This document shows, one piece after another, positions 33,739 to 42,095 of a stretch of 64,000 nt of DNA. How positions within the stretch are numbered: the first letter of the stretch is position 1; each line of letters begins with the position of its first letter. A program made the translations under genes and the position numbers. The notes beneath the pieces were generated by a model. It did no database searches, was not told the DNA's origin, and saw only the letters and a list, made by a program, of their open reading frames with translations. Origin of the DNA: Thermoplasmatales archaeon (GTDB lineage Archaea; Thermoplasmatota; Thermoplasmata; Thermoplasmatales; Thermoplasmataceae); NCBI GenBank assembly GCA_027310185.1, contig DAIDBH010000017.1:96001-160000 (forward strand). The letters run 5' to 3'.

Positions 33739-33954
33739 ATGGATGATGTCCTGGAAGTTGAAACGCTTGAGGCTGACTTTTCATTCAAGCTTCGCCTGGA
33801 GATATACCTTAGAAACACTGCAATCAGGATCAGGGCACGCTCCAGTACACCCGAAAAATTTGATGACTACATAGCAGAAAGAGAGAAAATAATCAGATCA
33901 ATGATAGGGGAAGGACATAGTGTTTCAGACAGGGGTAAGATAATTTATCCATGA
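33739..33954 (+). CDS. small hypothetical protein
   Basis: Clean ORF divergent from rtcB with normal composition. Confidence 0.55.
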   Translation: MDDVLEVETLEADFSFKLRLEIYLRNTAIRIRARSSTPEKFDDYIAEREKIIRSMIGEGHSVSDRGKIIYP

Positions 33955-34055
33955 ATGAATATTCACAAAAGATCACTGTTACTGTTAAGGATATGGAAAT
34001 TATATTTTTTTCTAAATAAGAATTAATATTCCTTTAGGATTCTGGATGGATTATT

Positions 34056-34385
34056 GTGGCAATTGGAGATAACGTGTTTAAGGAACTGCGGGATGCGCTG
34101 GAAACCGCGAAGAGGCATATCAGGATCATTGAATCTCTCATGAGGGAACAACCTTCGGGAATTATCAAGATTTCGCAACTAACAGGCTTACCTGACCATA
34201 AAATAAGGTATTCCCTTAGAGTCCTTGAAAAAGATGGCATTATAATACCATCAAAGGACGGAGCAATCATTACACCTGATTTCGTTGAAAAGAAGGAAGA
34301 GCTCCTTGATGGCATAAGAGATATCCTGAAGGACATGAATGCACTTGAGGATGAGATAAATAAATCACTTCTGGGTAGAAAGTGA
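34056..34385 (+). CDS. winged-helix DNA-binding protein
   Basis: QP.GIIK.SQ.TG.PDHKIRYSLRVLE.DGII.PS..GA. Confidence 0.75.
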   Translation: MAIGDNVFKELRDALETAKRHIRIIESLMREQPSGIIKISQLTGLPDHKIRYSLRVLEKDGIIIPSKDGAIITPDFVEKKEELLDGIRDILKDMNALEDEINKSLLGRK

Positions 34386-34386
34386 A

Positions 34387-34899
34387 TTGATGGAAGAGAA
34401 CCCATATCAAGTACGGGTTGCCGTCCCTTCTGATGCTGCAGGAATTATTAAGTGCATGCAGAACGTAATGAGTGAGAAGGTATATCTGGTAAGTGAGATA
34501 TATCTTTACACAGAGAGAGGGCAAAAGGATATACTGAGAAATCCAGATGATCTTACTCTTGTGTCTGTTTTTGGTGGTGAAATAATTGGAACCATGAACA
34601 TACAGAGGGGTTTTTACAAGAAAAACAGACACACGGCGAACCTGGGAATTGCTATTGAATCTGGGCACAGGGGAAAGGGTATTGGGAGAAGGATGATCGA
34701 GGAGGGAATAAAGTGGTGCAGGGAGAATGGAATTGCAAAGCTGAATCTTGAAGTATTTTCCTCTAATGTGAATGCAATATCACTTTATAAAAAAATAGGA
34801 TTTACTGTAGAAGGGCAGAGAAAAGGACAGTTTCTGGTTGGAAACGATTATGTTGATGATGTTCTGATGACAATTTACCCTATGGAGTATAAAAAATAG
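34387..34899 (+). CDS. GNAT family acetyltransferase
   Basis: HRGKGIG, N.NAI.LYKK.GF. Confidence 0.9.
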   Translation: MMEENPYQVRVAVPSDAAGIIKCMQNVMSEKVYLVSEIYLYTERGQKDILRNPDDLTLVSVFGGEIIGTMNIQRGFYKKNRHTANLGIAIESGHRGKGIGRRMIEEGIKWCRENGIAKLNLEVFSSNVNAISLYKKIGFTVEGQRKGQFLVGNDYVDDVLMTIYPMEYKK

Positions 34900-35194
34900 A
34901 TTGACAAACACCACTACCGCTTTCGTAGTGAGGCTCCGCGAGAAACCCATGAGATGGAGTCTTTATGTGCTTGGACCTATTTTAACGCGTAGGTACTTTA
35001 TCTTCATGCTAGACCATCTGGCATTTAGGAATACATTTGTACATCAAGTTTCTCTGCCAGCTAACACTTCGATGTGTCTCGAGTGATAACAAAATTTCCC
35101 ATGTTTCCTGCGCTTTCCTGACGATTGGGGGTTTATATTCGCAGATGTTAAACATTGAAAAGTGATTTAAACCCTGTAAGCGATCAGTATACCA

Positions 35195-36154
35195 ATGAGA
35201 TCACTCGGAAAGTCGGATATATTATTCCTGATATTCTTTGCAGACATGACCGTGCTGATGTTATATGGCATGAGTGAACTTCTGAGTTATACATATCTTC
35301 ACGGCGGAATGGTTGCATCAACCATAACTTTGAAGAATATGTTTGTTTATTTTTACTATCCACCTAAAAATATTCTTTCCCTGTATCTTCCAATTCCATT
35401 TTTTGCAGGAATAGGGGTTCTCTTTGCACTCTATTTGTATATTTTTTATTATAATTACAGGACAACATCTACCTCCAGGGGTAAAAACCCACTTGAAACT
35501 CCCATAGGGTATATAGCAGGAATCGGTTCCCTGATATATTTTCTATCCATAGTCCTTGTTCTCTTGCAAGACGCCTTAGGAGCCCCAATCAGTGCAAAAG
35601 GTATCACAGAAATTGAGAACACAGAACCTGTCTTCTTTTATTTTCAACTGATTTATGCTCCCTTTGTGGAGGAACTGGAATTCAGAATCCTGCCTATTGG
35701 CATCTATCTGGCAGTAAGATATTACCTGCAGAATAAAGATTACAAAATCTGGGAGGTATTTCTTGTACCTGGAAGGCTTATGAAGAAATTCCAAAGAAAA
35801 CTTGATCTGTATGACTGGGTAATGATTTTCGGAACCAGTATTCTCTTTGGCTATGCTCATTATGCCTACGGAGACTGGAGCCTTTCAAAAATACCACAGG
35901 CTGCCCTTGGAGGGTTTGCCTTTGCAATTGGATTCATGATCTTTGGACCATTCGTAGACATTCCAATGCACTTCCTTTTCGACGGTACATTCACAGTTGA
36001 CATATTGCCTTCTGGCTCAGCAGCTCTTTCGCCAATAATCATCGGTATAGTACTGGTATTCATATGTGCAATCATCACCATCATACTGATTATAATGAGA
36101 TATTCAAAAAGCAAGATTGAGGTAGATCAGAGTCAATCAATCCAGATTCAATAA
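35195..36154 (+). CDS. CPBP/Abi (CAAX protease-like) membrane protein
   Basis: APFVEELEFR, FG.AH, H..FD. Confidence 0.8.
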   Translation: MRSLGKSDILFLIFFADMTVLMLYGMSELLSYTYLHGGMVASTITLKNMFVYFYYPPKNILSLYLPIPFFAGIGVLFALYLYIFYYNYRTTSTSRGKNPLETPIGYIAGIGSLIYFLSIVLVLLQDALGAPISAKGITEIENTEPVFFYFQLIYAPFVEELEFRILPIGIYLAVRYYLQNKDYKIWEVFLVPGRLMKKFQRKLDLYDWVMIFGTSILFGYAHYAYGDWSLSKIPQAALGGFAFAIGFMIFGPFVDIPMHFLFDGTFTVDILPSGSAALSPIIIGIVLVFICAIITIILIIMRYSKSKIEVDQSQSIQIQ

Positions 36155-36733
36155 GAATCTATTTCCATCTATCCTGAAGTTGTTCTGGAGCATGCTCTGA
36201 ATTATCATAGGATAGTATTTCAACTCGTATTCGTGAATTCTTTCCTGTAATGATTCGGGTGAATCTTCTGCAAGAACAGGAACTGCATACTGAAAGATCA
36301 CTGGCCCACGATCAACTTCACTGTTCACTATGTGGATTGTGAATCCGCTATACTGCACGCCATAATCTATGGCTGCCATGTGCACTTTTATGCCATAGAA
36401 ACCCTTTCCTCCAAAGGATGGAAGAAGAGATGGGTGGATATTTACGATTCGGTCAGGAAATGCCTTCAGAAGGGAGGGTTCTATTATCTTCAGGAATCCT
36501 GCAAGAACGATCAGGTCAGGATTTTTCATCTTCAGGACCCTGGTTGTTTCTGTATCATACTTTAGGACTTCTATCCCGTTCTCCATTGCTATTCCAACTG
36601 CACCGGACTTAGCCCTGTCAGAAACAAGGCAGGATACCTCGAATGGTGAATCTTTTTTCCTTGAATGATCCAGTATTGCCCTGAATGTTGTACCTGAACC
36701 TGATGCAAAAACTGCTATGGATTTTTTTTCCAT
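36137..36733 (-). CDS. purN: phosphoribosylglycinamide formyltransferase
   Basis: ASGSGT, VLAGFL.I, NIHPSLLP.FGG, D.GP. Confidence 0.93.
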   Translation of the reverse strand: MEKKSIAVFASGSGTTFRAILDHSRKKDSPFEVSCLVSDRAKSGAVGIAMENGIEVLKYDTETTRVLKMKNPDLIVLAGFLKIIEPSLLKAFPDRIVNIHPSLLPSFGGKGFYGIKVHMAAIDYGVQYSGFTIHIVNSEVDRGPVIFQYAVPVLAEDSPESLQERIHEYELKYYPMIIQSMLQNNFRIDGNRFLLNLD

Positions 36734-36826
36734 GATGTGGTAATTATCCGTGAAATAAAAGAATGACCATTATTTGGATAAGAATCATTCGTTCAGTTTA
36801 TATGTGTGATATGTGATAAGGAATGG

Positions 36827-37780
36827 ATGGAAATCTGGATTGAGAAATACAGACCAGAAAGGGTAAGTGATGTTGCTGGTCAGAAGGAAACGGTCAAGAT
36901 GCTGGAAGGTTTCATCAAGTCGGGAGAAATGCCACATCTTATATTTGCAGGTCCACCAGGTGTCGGAAAAACAACAATGGCTCTCTGCCTTGCAAGGGAG
37001 ATGCTTGGAGAAAACTGGAGAGATCACCTGCTTGAACTTAATGCATCCAACGAGAGGGGCATTGACGTTATAAAGAATGATGTCAAGGAATTTGCAAGGA
37101 ATGGGTCCATAACTGACGGAAAGTTCAAGATTGTCTTCTTTGATGAATCGGATCAGTTAACTCCAGAGGCACAGGCCGCGTTGAGGAGAACAATGGAAAT
37201 ATACTACAAGAACGTGAGATTCATATTTTCATGTAATTACAGTTCCGGGATCATTCCACCTATACAATCGAGATGTGTTATCATAAGATTCAGGAAAATT
37301 TCAATTGAAGATATGGTAGAGGCCCTGGGAAAAATTGCAGACAGGGAGAAACTTCCTGTAGATAAGGAGATACTTGAGGCAATTTTTGAAAATTCTGATG
37401 GAGATATGAGAAAGGCGGTCAATATTTTGCAGTCCATAAGCTTCATAGAAAAGCCAACGGTGAAGGATGTTTTCGATGTTGCAGGTTCAATAGATGAAAA
37501 GGAGGTTGTGCCTCTGCTCAGTAACATGAGGCACGGGAATTTTGTTGAAGCTTCAAGGATTTCTACCAGCCTGATCGTTGATAAGGGATTTTCAGCAATA
37601 GATATTATAAAGGCGCTTCATAAGTTAATTTCCAGGGAGCAAACCTCTCCAATAATAAAGAGGGAGAGCTTCATGGCCCTTGGAGATGCTGAACTGAGAC
37701 TGGCTCAGGGTGGTTCTGACAACATCCAGCTTGACTATCTTGTAGCAAGGATGTGCAAACTGTCCACAGATAATTTATAA
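36827..37780 (+). CDS. rfcS: replication factor C small subunit
   Basis: [43 protein letters not shown]. Confidence 0.93.
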   Translation: MEIWIEKYRPERVSDVAGQKETVKMLEGFIKSGEMPHLIFAGPPGVGKTTMALCLAREMLGENWRDHLLELNASNERGIDVIKNDVKEFARNGSITDGKFKIVFFDESDQLTPEAQAALRRTMEIYYKNVRFIFSCNYSSGIIPPIQSRCVIIRFRKISIEDMVEALGKIADREKLPVDKEILEAIFENSDGDMRKAVNILQSISFIEKPTVKDVFDVAGSIDEKEVVPLLSNMRHGNFVEASRISTSLIVDKGFSAIDIIKALHKLISREQTSPIIKRESFMALGDAELRLAQGGSDNIQLDYLVARMCKLSTDNL

Positions 37781-37824
37781 ATTACTTAAAGACATATTTT
37801 CTGATCAGAGTGTTTTATAAGTTC

Positions 37825-39360
37825 TCAGTATTCGTCAATCTTTTTATTTCTCTTTGCATCCATGTCCTTCTTCATCCTGCTTACCATGACCTTCTCCTTT
37901 CTCTGACTTGAATAGTAATATGCCTGATCCCTGGTTCCGTTAAATATCAGTATGTATACCTTTCCTGCCTTGAACCTACCTGTTCTTCCCCTCCTCTGGA
38001 TCGTTCTTATTTCTGATGCAACTGGTTCGTAGAATATTACAAGATCTGTTGAGGGTATGTCCAGACCTTCCTCTGCCACACTGGTGGCAAGCATCACGTT
38101 ATAAATGCCATTCTTGAATTTGTCTATGCCTTCTCTCTGAGAGCTCTGAGACATCCCCTTGTCTCCATCCCTGTTTCCCTGACCAACAAACCTGATTGCC
38201 CTGATAGTTTTTGAATTCTCTTCTAGGTACTTCAAAAGAATTTCTGATGTCTTCCTGTAATGTGTAAAAACGAGACACCTTGATTCTGGATGTTCGCTGA
38301 TGAGTAATTCTGCCATTTCCTTAACCTTCCTGAACTTTGGATTTTCATAATTTTCAGATGTTGTTTTTAAAAGTGTTTCCACCTGCTGAAACGTTGAGTT
38401 TCTCTTCCATAGATTCAGCGTCCTGATCAGGGACTTATCCTCAGAACTTTCCATTTCCTGCAAATAATTATTTCCTATCTCTATACCCTGCGTTTCTATA
38501 TACTCCATCAAAACATCAAGCCGGATTACTGCCGTGAAATAGGGAATTGATGTGAACAATGACTTGTCTCCAGATGTTGCTCTTTTAGACAGGTCACGGA
38601 TGTATTCACTCATCTCAGATCTTGATGCACTCTTCTTGACATAGCTGAATTTTTTCTGTATCTGATCCATGAAGTCCTTCTTGACTTCCCTGAGAAGTGA
38701 AATGCATTTTTCCTGTTCCGGGCTGATCCTGATGAAAACTGGTTCTGTATCTGAACCTTTCACGTAAGGAGCGATATCCGGATCATCATCTGTTCTGATC
38801 ATTACATTGGCAATTTTCAGGTTATCCTTGATTTCATCCACTTTCTCATTTTTAGAGCCGGGACTCGCAGTCATTGCAAGAATTCTCCTGTCTGGTAGGT
38901 TTTGAAACTCCCTTGCCACATTAACGTAAGCATAGTTACCGGTTGCCCTGTGTGCCTCGTCCACAATAAGCAGATAGAAATTATTCATGAAGACTATCTC
39001 CCGCTTAATGTCCTTTTCCACTGTCTGCGGAGTAGATATTATGAACTGTCCTTCTGCCCATTCACTCATCCTCTTATCCACGGGGTCATGGCCCGTTAGG
39101 CTCCTTATTCTTATATCCTGTCCCGCAAATAACTTCGTCATTGTCTGAAAATGCTGGTCCACGAGCGGTCTGGTTGGTGAAATCATAATAACTTTCTTGT
39201 TTTGCTTTATGTATGTGTAAGCCAGCATGGCCGAGACCAGAGTTTTACCAAGTCCGGTTGGGAGTACCAATAAAAGATTTGATCTCAGTGCTTTTCTGTA
39301 TGCTTCTACCTGGTACGGTCTTGGCTTGAGATCATTGAATTCTGGTATATCTTCTTCCAT
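37825..39360 (-). CDS. hef: Hef/FANCM-family DEAH helicase without C-terminal XPF nuclease
   Basis: PTGLGKT, DEAHRA.GNYAY, TASPG, RFVGQ, EEGLDIP, IQRRGRTGR. Confidence 0.85.
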   Translation of the reverse strand: MEEDIPEFNDLKPRPYQVEAYRKALRSNLLLVLPTGLGKTLVSAMLAYTYIKQNKKVIMISPTRPLVDQHFQTMTKLFAGQDIRIRSLTGHDPVDKRMSEWAEGQFIISTPQTVEKDIKREIVFMNNFYLLIVDEAHRATGNYAYVNVAREFQNLPDRRILAMTASPGSKNEKVDEIKDNLKIANVMIRTDDDPDIAPYVKGSDTEPVFIRISPEQEKCISLLREVKKDFMDQIQKKFSYVKKSASRSEMSEYIRDLSKRATSGDKSLFTSIPYFTAVIRLDVLMEYIETQGIEIGNNYLQEMESSEDKSLIRTLNLWKRNSTFQQVETLLKTTSENYENPKFRKVKEMAELLISEHPESRCLVFTHYRKTSEILLKYLEENSKTIRAIRFVGQGNRDGDKGMSQSSQREGIDKFKNGIYNVMLATSVAEEGLDIPSTDLVIFYEPVASEIRTIQRRGRTGRFKAGKVYILIFNGTRDQAYYYSSQRKEKVMVSRMKKDMDAKRNKKIDEY

Positions 39361-39515
39361 TTATCAGGTACATCCTGAGAGATTTAAATATTCTTTCCCT
39401 CCAGTCTTCCAGATCAGTGATGGATTCCGATTTGTGGAAGATCACTTAATTGCACAAAGTTTTCTGTCAAAAGATGACTATAAATTATAATAACTCCGAA
39501 CAAATGCTGAATGAA

Positions 39516-39587
39516 GGGCCGGTAGATCAGGGGTAGATCGCTTGCTTCGCAAGCAAGAGGCCTCGGGTTCAAATCCCGACCGGTCCA
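39516..39587 (+). tRNA. tRNA-Ala(CGC)
   Basis: Cloverleaf: GGGCCGG/CCGGTCC acceptor with G3:U70, anticodon arm CTTGC-TTCGCAA-GCAAG, T arm TCGGG-TTCAAAT-CCCGA, discriminator A. Confidence 0.95.
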
Positions 39588-39596
39588 TTTGTCAAA

Positions 39597-39738
39597 CTAT
39601 ATCTCAATAACTTGAATACCAAACTTTTTGCATTTATTATGCAGTTTTTTTTATCAAAGGGGACTAAAGGTACATTTCTCGAATATGCATCTTAACCTAT
39701 TATCCGGTCACTGAAATTCCTGGTTCCCACCATGGATC
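39597..39738 (-). pseudogene. decayed 3' fragment of vapC (paralog of 61674-62081)
   Basis: High nucleotide identity to 61674-61820, with a poly-T frameshift and an in-frame TAA. Confidence 0.8.
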
Positions 39739-39830
39739 TCTGTTAGCTGGTTTCTTGTCTTATGAGTGAAGTTCACACCCATGCAGGAATGAATTCCTCA
39801 CCGATTGCCGTTCATTCAATCTTCCGATCC

Positions 39831-41270
39831 CTATGTTTTCTTGTAAATCTCGCGTTCTATGTCTGAAAGATCCATAAGAATCACATCACTAATTGGCTCT
39901 TGCAGTGTCCATTTGAATCCGCTCTTAGAAAACACAGCATAGCTATATTTCTTTCCGGGGTACTGCTTTCTCAGTGTTTCCGACTTTGTCCTTAAGGCTT
40001 CAACTATACTTATGGGAACTGGGCTGTTTGTCCACTTGCATTCAGCGAAAAGCAATTCTCCTCGTGTTTCGGAATATGCAACGATATCTATCTCCTCAAC
40101 GTCCCTGCCCTTTTTGTTGGACTCATTCCTGCCCCACCATCTGGAAACCGTATCAAATGATCTGCCCAGTATCCCTTCCAATATGAGCTCCTTCATGAGG
40201 TTCTCAAACTGCTCACCCGCAAAAGTGGGGAAATCATCCACTATGATCTTAAGAATCTCTTCATTGCGAGAATTCTCAATCTCGCTCTTGTGTGGCAGTA
40301 CATACCTGAACCAGAACTTCAGATACGGGTCGGATATCCAGTTTAATCTTCTCTTAAATTTCTCAGAAGCTCCAAAAGGTTTCTCCGGAATAACTAAGCC
40401 CAGTGACATGAGCACGTCCAGATATTTTGATACCATGCTCTTGTCCAGACCGGAATAGGCGCATATCTCCCCCAATGTATGATTTCCGTATGAAATGGAT
40501 CTGAGAATCAGCATGTAATTCCTAGGTTCCCTAAATTCAGTTCTGAGAAGAAAATCTGCCTCCTCGTAGAGGGGCGCTCCTTTTGAAATGATGCTTTTTG
40601 AAACGTTTTCCCAGAATCCCGTATCAGGATCAAGTTTCAGGAGGTAATCTGGTATGCCGCCAAATACAAAGTATGTATTACATAAATCTTCGAACCCATA
40701 ATTCACGAATTCTGACAAGTATCTGAACTTCAGTGGTCGTAACTGCAATTGGCCTGTTCTTCTGCCGTAAAGAGGGCTCCTGTAAGAAAGCACCTCATTT
40801 TCCATCATGCTGATAGAAGAGCCTGAAAGAATCAGCATTACGTTCTTCTCCCTCAGTACGGTGTCATATACCTTCTGGAATACCGACGGTATTGCCCTGT
40901 TAGCCTCTATGAGATATGGGAATTCATCTATGACAATTATGATCTTTGATTCACGTGCTTTTGCTTGAAATGAACTGCTCGAAGTCAGAACAGTGAAAAG
41001 AGAGTGCCAGTCGTCGAAATTAGCCATAAGGATGCTTTCATCACCCAGGAACTTTGACATAATGGCTTTGAAGCTGTTTATGTTCTCCCTGTCTCCCTCT
41101 GCAGTTGCAAGAAAATAAACACCCCTGGTGCCTAGGAACTTGCTGATCAATTCGGTCTTCCCAACCCTTCTCCTGCCATAAAGGATGAATAGTGAGGGCC
41201 CTTTCGCAGACATGGCCCTTTCCAGGATTTTCATTTCTTCGATCCTGTCAACAAACTTTTGTTGAGACAT
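39831..41270 (-). CDS. archaeal AAA ATPase with C-terminal DUF234 (PD-(D/E)XK-like) domain
   Basis: FVDR.EE, YGRRRVGKT, IDEFPYL, SGSS.SMM, WW...EEIDIVA...FAECKW. Confidence 0.85.
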   Translation of the reverse strand: MSQQKFVDRIEEMKILERAMSAKGPSLFILYGRRRVGKTELISKFLGTRGVYFLATAEGDRENINSFKAIMSKFLGDESILMANFDDWHSLFTVLTSSSSFQAKARESKIIIVIDEFPYLIEANRAIPSVFQKVYDTVLREKNVMLILSGSSISMMENEVLSYRSPLYGRRTGQLQLRPLKFRYLSEFVNYGFEDLCNTYFVFGGIPDYLLKLDPDTGFWENVSKSIISKGAPLYEEADFLLRTEFREPRNYMLILRSISYGNHTLGEICAYSGLDKSMVSKYLDVLMSLGLVIPEKPFGASEKFKRRLNWISDPYLKFWFRYVLPHKSEIENSRNEEILKIIVDDFPTFAGEQFENLMKELILEGILGRSFDTVSRWWGRNESNKKGRDVEEIDIVAYSETRGELLFAECKWTNSPVPISIVEALRTKSETLRKQYPGKKYSYAVFSKSGFKWTLQEPISDVILMDLSDIEREIYKKT

Positions 41271-41343
41271 AAGTATTATACTTTAGTCACAACGAATATT
41301 TATACATATCTCGGCGTGATTTACTGAGCTAAACATCCAAGAC

Positions 41344-41382
41344 ATATACCATTATAATATTAAGCAGATCTCGACCTTTCCT
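41344..41382 (+). repeat. degenerate copy of the 39-bp cassette site
   Basis: ATATACCATTATAATATTAAGCAGATCTCGACCTTTCCT aligns without gaps, 26/39 to consensus. Confidence 0.55.
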
Positions 41383-41405
41383 TCAAGTTTTAATTCCTTG
41401 AATTT

Positions 41406-41451
41406 TTGATAGAGTAGAGTTCTGGCATTGCCCAGAACTCTACTCTATCAA
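41406..41451. repeat. perfect 20-bp inverted repeat with 6-nt loop
   Basis: TTGATAGAGTAGAGTTCTGG-CATTGC-CCAGAACTCTACTCTATCAA. Confidence 0.9.
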
Positions 41452-41540
41452 TTACGGAGATGCAGAAGCGGTCAAATGCACCTCAGTGACATATTACCAA
41501 AAATTATGGAGATAGGGTTAAAAAATATGTGTGATTTTTC

Positions 41541-42095
41541 TTATTTTTCGCCAGAATTAATCTCCGCCAGCTTGGACCAATTCCTGTATTTTTTTTCTAT
41601 GTAGTAATCAAGACTATATTTGCTTGTTCCAAAGGCGCCGTTTATCAGTATGAGCAGAAGAAATACAAGCACATAAATTATGCTTGTGCCTATATCGGTC
41701 GCACCGTATATGTAAAAACCGCCGAAACCCTCTGGTACGGACCACATAAAGAAGCTGAAGATTGCCCCAAGGAAATAGACTATTTTCCTCAATAAACCAA
41801 ATAGTATTGCTAACGCAAGCAGAGTCTCAAGTAAAGCAATAAGCAATGCAAACAGGTACGGATCATAGGACGTTACATTGATCCAAAACTGAAACCACGG
41901 CATCATCCAGGACGGCTGCTGAATCATTGAGCTCTGAATCATGGATTCGAACCCACTGAAGAATGCGGGTTGCCATTTGAGCCATGCATCGGCGAGCCAT
42001 ACCACCCCAAACAGAACGCGCATAATCACTTTATATCCGGCCATATTCCTTACAAACCAGTTTCCATTTGCCATAGCATTCATTGTTTGATTCAA
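41541..42095 (-). CDS. DoxX/DoxD-like membrane protein
   Basis: R..FG..WL.DA.LKWQP, E...ALA...G, W...EGFGG; overlaps copA stop. Confidence 0.6.
   Translation of the reverse strand: MNQTMNAMANGNWFVRNMAGYKVIMRVLFGVVWLADAWLKWQPAFFSGFESMIQSSMIQQPSWMMPWFQFWINVTSYDPYLFALLIALLETLLALAILFGLLRKIVYFLGAIFSFFMWSVPEGFGGFYIYGATDIGTSIIYVLVFLLLILINGAFGTSKYSLDYYIEKKYRNWSKLAEINSGEK

Noticed and set aside
34901-35086. 61-aa ORF; also a hammerhead-like CTGACGA nearby
   Set aside because: TTG start with no motifs; no proper stem II plus GAAA follows the CTGANGA.
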